Source: the human T2T-CHM13v2.0 reference genome, Homo sapiens
Length of the DNA stretch: 64,000 nt
Reading direction: 5' to 3' (one strand)
Assembly (NCBI RefSeq): GCF_009914755.1
Contig: NC_060930.1
Shown in pieces: positions 1 to 12,849 of this stretch. The notes under the pieces were generated by a model. The model made no database searches. It saw only the letters and a program-made list of their open reading frames with translations, and was not told the DNA's origin. Within the stretch, counting starts at the first letter, position 1. The number at the start of each line of letters is the position of its first letter. The position numbers and the translations under genes are program-made.

Positions 1-82
1 AATACCATGCAGCCATAAAAAAGGATGAGTTCATGTCCTTTACAGGGACATGGATGAAGCTGGAAACCATCATTCTGAGCAG
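1..82 (+). mobile_element. L1PA fragment (end of ORF2), runs off the window start
   Basis: gcagccataaaaaaggatgagttcatgtcctttacagggacatggatgaagctggaaaccatcattctgagc matches the L1PA 3' region and is nearly the same as 33387-33460 in this window. Confidence 0.9.
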
Positions 83-176
83 ACTTCTGAGGCTGTGTCA
101 TGTGTGTGTCTGTAACCTTGGCAAAATAAATTTTCTAAATTGACTGAGATCTGTCTCAAATATTTTGTGTTCGCAA
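83..176 (+). mobile_element. ERV1-class LTR 3' end (MER4/LTR8-like)
   Basis: ggctgtgtca...aaccttggcaaaataaattttctaaattgactgagatctgtctcaaatattttgtgttcgca resembles the recalled LTR8/MER4 terminus with AATAAA. Confidence 0.6.
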
Positions 177-251
177 GACAATGAGAAATAAGTCTCTGTT
201 GTTTATAAGCCACCCAATCTATTGCCCTTTAACGGCTGAATGAACTGGGAC
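177..251 (+). mobile_element. MLT1 (MaLR) LTR 3' end
   Basis: tgagaaataagtctctgttgtttataagccacccaatcta is a characteristic MLT1 terminal motif. Confidence 0.6.
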
Positions 252-259
252 ACTGGGTT

Positions 260-2300
260 TGCTTATTAGGTCAATTTTGTCAATCTAGTTTTTCATCTCT
301 TCTATGTTATCACTGATGTTTAGTTGGTCTGTTTTACCTTTCTGTTACTAAAGTATATTGGATTATTCCAACATGGTTGTGGGCTTATCTATTTCTCCTT
401 CGGTTTTTTCCCATTTTTGTTTTATATATCTTGAGGTTATTTTTTAGGTGCACTAATATTTTATTAGATTAAAATCTAAATTTTATTTAGATTAAGAATT
501 GGTATATCTTCTGTGTATGGCTCTTTGTTTTCATTACAAAAACTTCCTTACTTACTAATGCTAGAAATTTTCTGCCTTTGATGATACATTTCCCTGCTTT
601 TTCTGTGTCCTTTTACATAAAGTATGTCTCCTGTAAAGAGCGTGTAGTTACATTTTGTTATTTTAATCCAATTCAGCAATATTATTGGTTAACTGGCACA
701 CTAAGTTCATCCATATTTTCATACCATTACAATATATTTGGATGTGAGTCTACTCTTTTATATTTCATTTTTAATGTGTGAAATCTGGTCTTAATTCATT
801 TTTCTTATTTCTTTAATTATTTTTGCATTAATCAAGTGTTTCTATTCTAATTATGTTTTCACTCTTCTCTTAATGGCATTTTAAAGATTAACACACCCAT
901 TCCTGATTTATTTCTCGCTGATGTTATTACTGCTCCCACTTCCAAATGATGAAGGACCTTAGAACACTAGCATGATCAGTCCTCTTTGCTCTTTGTGCTT
1001 TTTGGAAGTCAGCTGTGCTAACCACCTACCACAAACACCTCTTGTTTCTGCTGTTTGAAATGTGTTTCCATTGCATTTGATCTTTTTGTTTTATTTTATT
1101 ATTTTTTTAAAGATGGGGATCTCAGTATGTTACCAGGGCTGGTCTTGAACTTCTGGCCTCAAGTGATCCTCCAGCCTCAACCTCCTGAGTAGCTTGGATT
1201 ATAGGTGCACAACACCACACCCAGCTCTATTTGATCTTAACATCATCAAAACTGTATTATTCCCATTTGATAGAATCCACATTTTTTTTTTTAACTCTAT
1301 GCTTGCTCTGTTTCCTATTTGGTATTTCTGTGGGATCATTTGCCTTCTTCCTACAGACTTTCTGGTCATCCTCGTAGTGCAGCTGTGTTGCTAAAAGTTT
1401 TCTAAGTATTTGTTTACCTAAAAATTATGATTTTTGTTTTTGAAGAATATTTTTAGTGTTAGTTATTTCTTTCAGCATTTTAAATATCACATTCCAGTGT
1501 CTCCAAACACCCATTCTTCTTAAATGTCAGTTACCATTCTTATTATTGCTCACATAGTCTTTCAGTTTTCCTCTGGTAGAAAGATTTTTTTTGTCTTTAG
1601 CTTTCAAAAGCTTTACATTAATGTGAGTAGGTGTGACTTATTTATCTATCTGCCTACATGTCTTGGATCTTTGGAATGATGGATTTAGCAGTTTTAGAAA
1701 CTACTTGGCCAATAGTTCTAGTAGTTTTTGTCACATTTTTTTCTCTCCTCTCTTTTTGGGTCTGCAGTCAATACTGTTTAGACTTTTTCTCCATTTCTCC
1801 TAGTTTATTTTTGTATACATTCCAATCTTTTTTTTTTAACTCTGTGTTTCCTTCCAGATATTTTCTTCTTGCCTGTTTTCCAATTCATCAATACTCTTTT
1901 CAACTCCATCTCATTGCTATTAAATCCATTTATTGGTTTCAGTTCTTGATTTCAGTTAATTTTCAGTTCTATAATATTAATTAATGGGTTTCAGTTCTCT
2001 CATGTAATTCCCCATAATATCACCAGTTTTCTTATGCATATTTTGATTATTTTAATGTCATTTTCTGATAACTCTTTTATCTAGATTACCAGTGAGTTTG
2101 TTGCTCTTGTCCATTTTTTGTTTTTTTCCCCTCATTTACTATAATTTAAATTTGTTTTCTACTATGGCTGGTAACTTTTGTTTGAATATTGACACTATCT
2201 TATGAAAAATTATAGAAGCTTTGGAGAATATTATCTTGCTCCAGAGAAAAACTAATTTTCTATGCAGTTTTGAGTAGTCACAAATTACCTTTATTATATC
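260..2300 (-). mobile_element. Old L1M fragments (antisense), interrupted by a FLAM
   Basis: T-rich sequence with antisense L1 ORF2/ORF1-type motifs (ccaacatggttgtgggcttatctatttctcctt; ttgaagaatattttt; ttcagcattttaaatatcacattcca). Boundaries approximate. Confidence 0.6.
1085..1226 (-). mobile_element. Alu monomer (FLAM-like)
   Basis: Single Alu arm (ggctggtcttgaacttctggcctcaagtgatcctcc...accacacccagc) with a T-rich tail; atttgatctt is duplicated on both sides (TSD). Confidence 0.85.
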
Positions 2301-2662
2301 AGAGATTAAACTGTTTTAAGGCTGTGGGGCCAATTTCCCCACAGTTCTAGATGCTTTGTTAGCATGAATAATAGAAATCCCTTCTGCTTTGCCCTTTTTG
2401 ATGATTGGTACAATTTGTATTTTCTTTTACTCCTAGGAAATAGTCATTCAGGGATCTCAGGTGAAAGTATAAAATTGACTAGATTTACTTTGGCTATTAC
2501 TAGTATCCCTTTTGATGGAAATTAAACTTCAATATTTTCCATTCCACACCTTAAGAATATGGAAATCTCTCCTTAGATTTACAGAGTTTCAGATACCAGT
2601 TCTTGCATGTTTTTTTCTCTTTAATTCCCTGAAGTTTAGGAATTGTTATAAGCCTCCAAAAG

Positions 2663-2952
2663 AAAATTAGTAGAGAGAGTCTCTGTTCTCCAAGATATTA
2701 AAATTAGTAGACAGAGTCTCTGTTCTCCAAGATGTTAAAATTAGTAGAGAGATTCTCTGTTCTCCAGAACATTAAAATTAATAGAGACAGTCTCTGTTCT
2801 CCAGGATATTGAAATTAGTAGAGAGAGTCTCTGTTCACCAGGATAAAAATTAGTAGACAGAGTCTCTATTCTCCAGGATATTAAAATTAGTAGAGAGAGT
2901 CTATTTTCTCCAGGATATTAAGTTAGTAGAGAGAGTCTCTGTTCTCCAGGAC
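2663..2952. repeat. Minisatellite, ~37 bp unit, ~8 copies
   Basis: Direct repeats of aaaattagtagagagagtctctgttctccaagatatt. Confidence 0.95.
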
Positions 2953-3204
2953 GTCATCCCGCAAGTCCTGCCACTGAGGCCACTCTACTCTCCAGCCTTC
3001 ACCTCCTCATCTGTGGGAGATGCTGAGAGTTCTGATCTTCTTACCCTCAGCTGCTGTGCTCCAAGCACCCACAATTGGCCAAACTGGAAGAGAAAGTTGG
3101 GTCCAGCCTTGTGTAATTTCCTTCTCTCTGGCTTTTCCAGTTATGGCTACTCTGGTTGTTCTCCAGAATCTTCCAACAGCTCTTTAGAAAATGTTGTACA
3201 TATA

Positions 3205-3438
3205 TAGACACAGGGAGAGGAACAACACACACTGGGGCCTGTTGGGGGGTATGGAAGGAGGGAGAGCATCAGGAAAAACAGCTAACGCATGCTGGGCTTA
3301 ATGCCTAGGTGATGGGTTGATGGGTCCAGCAAATCACCATGGCACACATTTACCTATGCAACAAGCCTGCATGTCCTGTGCATGTACTCCAGACCTTAAA
3401 ATAAAATAAATAAATACATAAAGTAAAATAAAATGAAT
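3205..3438 (+). mobile_element. 5'-truncated older L1PA/L1PB 3' end with A-rich tail
   Basis: aacaacacacactggggcct...ctaggtgatgggttgatgg...cacatttacctatgcaacaagcctgca, then a (TAAAA)n tail; approximate TSD aaaatgttgtacat / aaaatgtcgttcat. Confidence 0.9.
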
Positions 3439-4804
3439 AAAATGTCGTTCATGTTTAGAGTCATTCCCAGCAGGAACTACTTCATCATCATCACATAGAT
3501 AAACACTATAACCACATTCTGATTCTGATCCACTCAGTATTTGAACAAAATATGTCGATATTTACACACACACAAGAATGAATAATAAGAGGGTAATTGA
3601 TTTGCAGTCTTTTCTAGTTACAGCAGTAGGTAACATGAACTGATCAAGAAAGGAACTTTACCTGTATAATTAAGGATGTATTTTCATCAAGTTTTGCTTT
3701 TATATTTAATACTCTTAAAACATATAATTTTTATGTTGTTTTAACAAGTTAAGCATTAAAACAATAGTACTAACACAATCAGAAACTTTAAAAATATGCA
3801 GTCTTAATGACATCATTTTAAGTTATATTTCTCAATTACATATTTGTGTTGAAGAGGAGTATGATATAGTGATCCCTCAAATGTTTCTATTCTAAAATTT
3901 ATTATGTAAGGTTAAAAATAATAATTAGAAAAATAGAAGGGAGTTGCAAATTCAAGAAACGTGTAATAATTTAACATTTTGACTGTTAAAAAGCTTTTCC
4001 TAGTATTTTTTCATGTGGATGATTCTGGTGTAAAGCAGACGTGGTATTTCAATGCCCCTGTATGTATTTGAAACTGGTGTGGCAATTTTACTTGACACGT
4101 CAATGATATTGTTTGCAACTATTTAAACTTTGGAGAAAAATTTAGATACCTACTTACAAATGTGCAGTCTTTTACATTCATGAGCAAAGAGCTTGAAGAC
4201 TGCTCCCTTCAATCCTCCCTCTCCCTAGCAATGGTGTGATTGAAAACAGTTTCCTTCTTTTTTCTTGTGTCCACTGCCTTTGAAGAAATTCATTTTGGAA
4301 AGCACTCAATCCTGTTCTAGTTTACACAGATCATGTTCCAGGTGTGAGGCATACCCACCATCCTCATGGCTTTGTGCACAGCCATGTGGCTGTTGTTGGT
4401 TTTTGTCTTTCTTAAGTTTAAGTAATTATTTTGCTAGAACACTTCCTTAAGCAGTTTGTCCAGAGAAGATCACCTGGTTGAATATGTTTTATTGTGTTCC
4501 TTCAACATCTTGAATTATTCCTGTGCATTTTAATAATAGTGGTGGCACATCTGAAGATTGCTTATATGTGTCCCATTCTTTATGTGTCAGTATTTGAATA
4601 CTGGATCTAAGAAAATGTAATTATAAAAATAGGTTTTCTGTAATTTAAAAAAATCTCAGAATACTGACACAGATACAAATCTAGCACAAGAACGAGGACT
4701 TCATTTCTGACCAGAACACAATGCATTATTTTATTCATAAAAATGTTAAATTATTTTCAGAATTAACACGTGAATAAGCTCATAAATTTCAGTAAACTCA
4801 ATTG

Positions 4805-4978
4805 TTTTTTCCCCCAAAGTGCTTTACTGAGGTGTAGTTGACATATAAAAACCGCATATTCAATGTATACAACTTAATGGGTTTGGAAATAAGTAGACAG
4901 CTTTGAAGCCATCACTACAATCATGCCCTAAGCCTTTCTATTACTTCCAAAAGTCTCTTCCCACTCGATGATGCTGCT

Positions 4979-5009
<31 letters not shown>

Positions 5010-5845
5010 ATGATGATGTTGGCAATAAGCACACTTCACTGTATGCTCTGTGCTGAACTGTAGAGTTCTAGGGCTTCTTCATCTTTCATTAACACCTCCC
5101 TGTTTCCCTCTCCTCCAAGCCCCTGGCAACCGCCCTTCTACTCTCTGCTTCTGTAAGTTTCATTGTTTTAAATTCATTACATACATGGTATCTATCAAGC
5201 AGTATTTGTCCTTCTGCGTCTGGCCTATTTCAGTCAGTATAACATCCTCAGGGTTTATCCACGTGGTTGCAAATGGCAGGATTTCCTTCATTTTAAAGGC
5301 TGAATAATATTCCATTCTACATGCATACCACATTGTCTTTATCATACATTCATCAGTGGACATTGAAGTTGCATCAACGCCTTGGCTATCGTGAATAACG
5401 CTGTAACAAGCAAGGGAGTGCAGCTCCCCTTTGAGATCTTCGCGTCAGTGCCTTTGGATATATGCTCAGAAGTGAGATTGCTGGATCCTTGGAGAGCTCT
5501 ATTCTTAATGTTTTGAGGCACCTCCACTCTTTCCCAGAGCAGCTCCAGCACTTTGCATGCCCACCAACAGTGCACAAGGGTCCAGTTGCTCCACATCATC
5601 AACCCACACTTGTTGTCTTCTAGTTTTGTGTTTTTTTAGCCATCCTCACAGGTGCGGTGATATCTCATTGTGACTTTGATTTAAATTTCCCTGATTATTA
5701 ATAATGTTGAGTGTCTTTTTACATGTTTGTTGTCCATTTAAATGTCATCTTTAGAGATATGTATGTTTCAAGCCCTTTGACCATTTTAATTTTATTTTTG
5801 CTGTGCTTTTATTTTCCTTTTTGCTATTGAGTTGTGGAAGTCCTA
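4805..5845 (-). mobile_element. L1M (L1MA/MB-like) 3' end
   Basis: Minus-strand ORF remnants MWYACRMEYYSAFKMKEILPFATTWINPEDVILTEI and IELSKDPAISLLSIYPK match the L1 ORF2 C-terminus. Confidence 0.9.
4973..5017. repeat. Compound trinucleotide microsatellite (GCT)6(GAT)9
   Basis: Counted directly in the sequence. Confidence 0.95.
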
Positions 5846-6704
5846 GATGCCACCACAATGTGAAAAATTGCAGCTGTGTATAGAGCCCAGTGGTATTCTA
5901 AGAATCACTTTCAAGTCAAAGTCAACATGGTAAATACCTTGTTCTTTTACCTATTGGGAAACATCATCTTCAAACACGAAGTTTAATGGAATTTGTATGG
6001 ATGTATAAACAACAAAGAATGCCATTAAAACCTATAATTGAGTGTTGTACCATGATGATCAGAGATTACACTTTCAGTAAAACTTTTTGGTTTACCATGC
6101 TTTCTATAAAAGGGAAGGCCTAAAATATGCTCCGAATGCATCCCCCATGTCTGAAATGGTGCGAGTAGCCATGGAAAGGCTAGCATCCTCATGGGAACAG
6201 TCTGACCGTTGAAACAGTAGGCTCACTGTGGTATATTTTACCTTGCGGGAAAGTCATGAGAAAACACACCCTGCTGGTTTGGAGGTTGCTGAAGAAACAG
6301 GCCACCGCAAGGGGATTGCATTACTGTGGCAGAAAGCTGTTCCTTCAAGACTTCCAAATTGGTAGTTGATACATTGTGGATGCTGGGGAGATTTCAGTAC
6401 TCTACCAGCCCTCTCAAAAATATATTTTTAATATAAAAGGGTGTTGACATTAAAAATGTGTGCTAAGCAAGAGCAGAAGCGCTCCTCTGTACGCTCACCG
6501 CTCGCTCTCAGCACCGTCCAGCTGGTGCCTTGACTCTCACTCTCCCAGAATGATGAAGTTAAATGCCAAGAGAGTTAACTGAAACATTTTTAAAGGAGCC
6601 AACTTAGTATGAAAATGTCTCTATAATAGGCAATAACTAGTACAATTAATTCATGTAGGCCCCTGTTATAGCGCCCTCAAACTATCATGCTTCCCTCATC
6701 GGTG

Positions 6705-8010
6705 AGGGAATTCATGCACTGGATATTTACTGAACACCTACTACGTGCCAGGCATTATGGCAGGTTTGGGGAACATGACAATGGAAAAGAAAAAAGGGGA
6801 AAAAACCCTGCCCTTACAGGGACTGATATTTTAATGAACCAAAAAGGGAAAGATTACAAAAAAACAGATATAAAGGCCATGAATGACCCAGTTCATTAGA
6901 GAATGATGAGAGATGCATCAGCGAAGAGAAAAATTGAGCAAGACCAGTGGTCCAGGGTGCAGGGTGAGCAGGGCAGGTGGTGCCTTTACCATGAACTACG
7001 TTGTTGGGAGGTGGTTTTTGTATAAACCGAGGAACAGGTGGGGAAATTAGGCAGGTGGTGATCCCAGGGGACAGAGTTCCAGGAAGAGGGGAAAGCAGTG
7101 CCGAGGCCTCTAGGCAGGAACACCCATGGGTGTGTTCAAGGGGGAGCGAGGAGCCAGGGTGGCACAGCCTTCATGATGGAAGGAACTCCCCATGGAGAGG
7201 AAGGAGAGGAATAGGACAGCCATGGGAGAGCCACTGCACTCACTCAGGTGGGCAGTGATGGCGGCTCCACCAGGGCGTCACCAAGGAGGGAAGGAGGTGT
7301 GTCTGGACATGCACTAGGAGGGTAATTGGACGGACTGGATGTGATGTGTAAGATAAGGGAGAATTCAGGGGCTCTTCAAGGTTTTCGGCCTAAGCAACAG
7401 AAAGGACGGCATTGCCCTCACCTGAGGTGGGGTGGCTGCAGGTGAGGACGGATTGGAAAGGGAGATCAAGAGCTCAGTTTGGACATTTTGAATTATCCAT
7501 GTCTACTGAGAGGAGAGGTTCGGTGGACAGACCCTATATGAGTTTTGGGGTCGGGGAGTGGTCTGAACCTGAGGTATGAATTTCGGAGTCAGAGGTGTGA
7601 GGATGGTGTTTAAAGCCATGTGGACAGAGAAGAGGAGTAAATCCGGGAATGAGTCTGTGGTTCCTTCGATATTCAGAAGCTGGGAACAGAGGGATTAGCA
7701 GAGGCAGCTGAGAACCAAAGAGCGGGACCCTAGAGGCCAAGTGAAGAGCAAGGAGTGAGCTGAAGACGCTGTCGGAGTTTCCCTGTGTGCTGACAGGCCC
7801 GTGGAAGGGGACTGAGAGGCACCGCCGGGATCACCCGAGTGCTGCCCCCACAGACACAGAGTGGTATGGACTAAATGGTGGGGGTGACGGCTGATGGGAG
7901 TGGGTGCAGAGCAATGGGGACGTAGCTTACTGACAGCATGGGTTGGGAGAATCTGTTCTGTTTTGTTTTAAGATGGGTGAAATCACATGTCTATCTGCTG
8001 TTGGGAATGA
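6705..8010 (-). mobile_element. L2 LINE
   Basis: atttactgaacacctactacgtgccaggca (L2 3' end) and aagagctcagtttggacattttga are typical antisense L2 blocks. Confidence 0.75.
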
Positions 8011-8014
8011 CCTG

Positions 8015-8610
8015 GCATCCGTGGTTCATTTTCCTTTGTTGGTAACAGGCTCCCAGGGTGCTGTACACACACCCCTCCCTCGTGCATTTCAGAGGCTCCT
8101 CACCAGGCTTGTGATTCACATCCTTGAAGCAGGAAAGGCATGGATGGTCGTTTGATGCAATCAGCCACATAGTGCTATCTGGGAGTGACGGCCGGCGTCC
8201 AAGACAGTCTTCCCAGGTCCTGGCCTGCTGTGGCTCTCCCTGCTCCAGCCTGCCTGCCTCATGCTGGGGTCTGTGTGCTCAGAATATGGCAAAAGGGGGG
8301 TGTGGGCTTCTGAGACCAGGCCACAAGTGGCCGCAGCTTCCTGCCAGGCAAATCCTTGCCCTCCTGGATCACTCACTTGGGAAGCTGAGGTTTCTGATGG
8401 CCGCAGGAGTGTGCTTGGAAGCCTCACCTCCAGTCCCATCCAGTCTTCAGATAACTGCAGACCCAAGGGACCCCCTGAGCCTCAGCCAGCTAGTCAGCCA
8501 GCTAGGCTGCTTCTCAACTTCTGAGCCCAGAAACTGTGTGAGATGAGAAAGGGTTGTTTAATCAGCTAAAGTTGGAGGTGAATGGTTATGCTGCAATAGA
8601 TAACCAATTC
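8015..8610 (+). mobile_element. MLT1 (MaLR) LTR
   Basis: The end ccagaaactgtgtgagat...ttgtttaatcagctaaagttggaggtgaatggttatgctgcaatagataac matches the MLT1 3' terminus; start approximate. Confidence 0.65.
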
Positions 8611-9049
8611 TCAGGGACAGATAGGCTTGGTAGACTGGAGATCTTGTCAACCTGAAGCACATGTTTTCTTTGAGGCTAGTTTCTACCAAGAAAAAACAGA
8701 GATGGAAGATTCTAGACCACTCAGTGCCAACTTTTTTGTATGTTTTATTTCTGTGTCCTTGCGGAGGTCACTCAGGCAAAAGCAGTGGTCTCTTGGCCGT
8801 TTACACACATATGACAGCATGTTTATCACACACTTGGTTACTCTCTGCAATGCTCCCTGTGGCTGGCACTATTCACCGTTTACGTCCTCACCACCCCATC
8901 AGGAAGACATGTAGGTTTAATCCCTACAGCCAGAGATTTCTGCAACGCCAGGGCACAAGCTTCTTACGTCGTCTTTGAAGGAGCACAGATGATTTAAAAG
9001 AAAATAACACTAATAGCCAACAACCGGGGACCCCTTCCTGCCTTATGGA

Positions 9050-9215
9050 AGCTTCCCCCACAGAGAATCCCATTTAATATTCATAGGAAGCCAATGAGGC
9101 CTCTGTGGCTCCCACTGGCCTGACAAGGAAGAAGAGGCCCCGGAGGGCACGGAGCCCGCCTGGAGTCAAAAAGCCAGAGACTGCAATGATCCCAGTTGCA
9201 AAGCTGGCACAACAG
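9050..9215 (-). mobile_element. Degenerate MIR SINE
   Basis: cccatttaatattcataggaagccaatgagg...aggaagaagaggccccggagg follows the order of the MIR core. Confidence 0.5.
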
Positions 9216-10629
9216 GCTGTACCCTTTTATGGGAGGGTCACTGCCATGCAGGAGAGGGGAGCAGTGTGGGTTGTGTGAGATTTCCTAGAGGTGCCTCTCG
9301 CCATGGCCCTGCCAGCACCTCTGGTGGTTCAATTATCACCGAGGAACGGCTCCAAGTCTGAAGGGTTTTTTGAACCTTTTCCCTGCTTTTCTTGCAATGA
9401 GAACTCTGAATGAGGGGCAGAGGAGAAGCAGATGCCAAATCGCCGAGAAGCACTCCAAGCCCTCTGGCAATGGAGTTCCGAGAAGAAAGAATGGGGCGCA
9501 GTTTCCAGGTTCTGCCTGCCCCTCCTACCCCAGCACTTCCCTCCCGCCCTGAACTCCTTCCACAGGAAAGGCTATGAAGCCCACCATCCCTGTCTGAGGT
9601 AGACCGGGCAGAAAACACGCAGGTTTTGTTGCGAAGTGGAATGTGCTAGTGTGCTGTCTGCTCAACCAGTGTCTTCTGCTTTGATTTCATTTTTATTTTT
9701 TTAAGAAGAAAATAAAAATCTCAAAGACTAAGTTCTCATACTGTAATTCCTGGAAATCATTCTGGAGTCAAATACTTTTGTCTGTTAAGAAAAAAAATAA
9801 AATGTAGAGATTTCCTGCTGCTCCGGGAGTGTCGCCAGCAGACAGGGGTTTCAGGCTCCCCCTGCCAGAACTTCTGAGCAACGTGGCAGCTGCCGGGACC
9901 GGGCCTCTGAGTGCAGAGAGCAGGCGTTGCCAGGAGCGGACTCAGACAGTGGAGGCCCCTCGCTGACCCTCTCCGGGGCCACTGCAAAGGAAGAAGAAAA
10001 GCACAGGCATCAGCTTCAACAATGCAAAACAAAGTAAGCTTGAATTCAGATGAGGGGCAGTTAAAATCGCAGCCTAGAAGTCCAAGTGTGGTTTGTAACA
10101 CTCCAAACCCCATGTCAGCCTTCAGTGATTGTTCTGCTGACCATGTTGCTACAGAGCGGCTTGGGTTTTTCCTTGTGGCAACTCCCCAGGGTGACAGATT
10201 ATTCGGCAATGTCACCATTTTGTAGATGTATTCGGGATTTCCAGCCATAAGCCATGGATGATATTGGGGATCCTTTATTCCTGGTGGGTGCCCATAAGAG
10301 TTTGCAAACTATACCCAAAAGGGCACGGGAACCCCTAAACTTTCCAGGCTGTCTTGGCACACGGCTCACTAGAACTGTTAACGCCGTCAAAGTATCTCTG
10401 ACACGTCCTTAGCCTGTGTTTGAAAACCTGCAGAGATGGGATACGCCCCTTTACCAGAGACAGTGCATTCCGTCCACTGGGAGTGACACACGGCCAAGCC
10501 AGGCTTCAAAGAGAGAGGTTCACCGTATTCCAGTAGTGACTACTGGGATTTAGGGTTGGATCACCTTACCAGAGCTTGGAAGCTGCTAGAAGTTAACATT
10601 AATTTTATTGTTCTTTAAAATGAAAGTCC

Positions 10630-11075
10630 AGCAGGAGGGCCAGGATTTGGGCATCTCGGTCCTTCACGAAAAGAAAGGGTGATGTTGATTAGCCATGTTC
10701 CACATCCCCCGAGTTAAATATAGGAATAGTTCTGACATCTGACTCAAGAATGTGTTTTCTTGCATGATATTAAGGCAGATGCACAGATCCACGTAGATTA
10801 ATCCCCTTCACTAGTAGCAGGGGCCCGATGAGGTAGCTGATGAGGAAGAGCCCCCGAGACCAGGCCCAGCGTGGGGCCACGGCCTTGGGATCTGGACGAC
10901 ACCCCAGCGGTTCTGTGCCGCCAGCAGGCCCTGCCGCATCTCTGGGCTGGAGCCCTGACTGTCAGCAGATGAGGCCATGGGTTGGGGTGTCTCTCCCACC
11001 AGAACGGCTTCGTGGGGTGCTCACTATCCCCTGGTCATGCTTCGGCACAGCTGGCACCGGCTCCCTGAGGGCCCA
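10630..11075 (+). repeat. Local direct duplication, copy 1 (pairs with 18961-19405)
   Basis: Aligns by eye over ~445 bp with 18961-19405; both copies give the ORF MRKSP..AQRGATALGSGRHPSGSVPPAGPAAS. Confidence 0.95.
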
Positions 11076-12321
11076 CTGATTGGTTTTACACAAGTCTGTG
11101 AAGCTTCCCACAATGCACGATGTCCTTAGCAAATACAACACAGCCCGCTGGTATCGCCTCTTCCTTCACTACCTCCACAACCACTTGTGGCAGAGGAGGA
11201 GCCTCCAGTTGCACTTGGCCAAGGCGGCTTTTGTAAGAACTTGACGGGACCAAGCCACCCCCACGGCATCATTTCCACGGGAGAACACATCCCAGCGAAA
11301 CCCCAAGGAAAGGGTAGTTTTGTGAAGAAAATGCTTGTGTTCTAGGACACAGCCCAGCAAGTCCCTGACTTTAAAAAATGTGTAAGAAACAGGAATGTAA
11401 CATTGACGAAACATGCCTGCCAAGATGGACTTTCCTTGTGGCGAGACCCTTCCTTCTCCTCAATGCCTGGGTGCTAGCAGGGTAGCATCCCCAGCCTCAG
11501 AGCTCAAGCGTCATGATTGGGGAAATGAGACTGGGCAGCCATTCGGAAGGCCGGGCAAAGAAGAGTGTAAAGAGACATTGGTCTCGTGCTGCAGAATGAG
11601 TTACAAATAGTGAATCCTCAGCAATACTGTCTCCCCGTGGACTGGAATTTGGACCCGCTGCTGTGGCGGGCAGCTTTGACCCAATGAGGACCACGCCTGG
11701 AAGGATGTCAGAGCAGCAGGGACCTGGGTGGAGTGACCTGGTGGAACGGAGACGCCTGCCGGCTCAGCAGCCACAGCAGCAGCTGCCCGTCATGGGACAG
11801 CAACGTGGCAAGAATTCCCCACGGGTTCCGGGGGAGCCTGTGTTGCTGGACCCTTTGCCACACCACCGAACCTGGCCCAGAGGAGCAGGAATTGGCCGAG
11901 TTCCAGGCCCTGCACCTGACGGGGGCTTCCTCAGCCTCTCATGTGATCCTCGCAGCAGGCTAACGTGCAGGCCCTTCTGTTTTCCAGATTTGACAGTTGA
12001 GAGGGGAAAGCCATGTTTTCAAATGTTACAGTAGAAGAGGCAGGATGCAAATCCAGCCCTGGCTGGTGCTGAAGCTGGGGCAGGTGCATCTGCAGGGTGC
12101 TGCCTTCAAGGCAGAGGGGTGACTGCTGTGTTTCATGGCAGGGAAGCCCCCCTTGATGCTCACACCACCCAGGTCGTACGGCTTTGAGGACATCCCTTTC
12201 TTCAAACCCAGGTCATCTGAACAGTGTGGCCTGAATCCCAGGTTGGGAGTGAGTAATTCATCATCCAACCTGATTAGAGAATCTGAGTGAGGGACCTTCA
12301 AGTCAGGGATAGAGAACGGGC

Positions 12322-12690
12322 TTCGTCTTCTGGAGCTGCCATAACAAAATGCCGAAGACTGGGCGGCTTCAACCACACAAGGGCCTTTCGACACAGCCCT
12401 GGCAACTGGAAGCTGGGGGTCGAGGTGTGGGCAGGGCTGGTTCCTGGGGAAGGATCTCCTCCCGGCTGCAGATGGCCGCCCCTGGCTGCATGCCCGCCTG
12501 GCTTTCCTCGGTGCTCACTCACCCCGGTGCCTCTTCTGCTTCTTAGAAGGATCCCCAGCAGATGAGGGCCCCAGCCTGGTGACCTCACTTACCCTCCATC
12601 ACGTGCTGAAGGTCCTTCTCCAAATGCAGTCAACGTGGGGATTAGGGCTTCAACTTAGGGCCCGGGGCGGATGCAATTGAGTTCGTAGCA
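12322..12690 (-). mobile_element. MLT1A-like MaLR solo LTR
   Basis: gctgccataacaaaatgcc...ctgcagatggccgcc...tctccaaatgcagtca...gattagggcttcaac match antisense MLT1A blocks. Confidence 0.8.
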
Positions 12691-12849
12691 GACGTTATCT
12701 TCGGGATCCCCTGTCTTCCCCCTGACCCTGTGAGGCTCACTGTGAGGGGAAGGGAGTTCCATTTCTGCTAAAGCCATAAACTGGAGATCCTAAGAACTTA
12801 TGGGACCACTCAGTGCTGACTTGCGTAATCTCCTGGTGGCTTCCCTGTC

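Noticed and set aside
6505-6530. REST (TCAGCACC) or CTCF-like motif
   Set aside because: Only a REST half-site without a correctly spaced GGACAG, and the CTCF match is weak.
10825-10870. Hammerhead ribozyme-like CTGATGAG...CGAGAC (and the copy near 19170)
   Set aside because: The core needs GAAA, but the copies have GAGA and TAGA; stem II is at most 2 bp and I found no compatible stem III with an NUH cleavage site.
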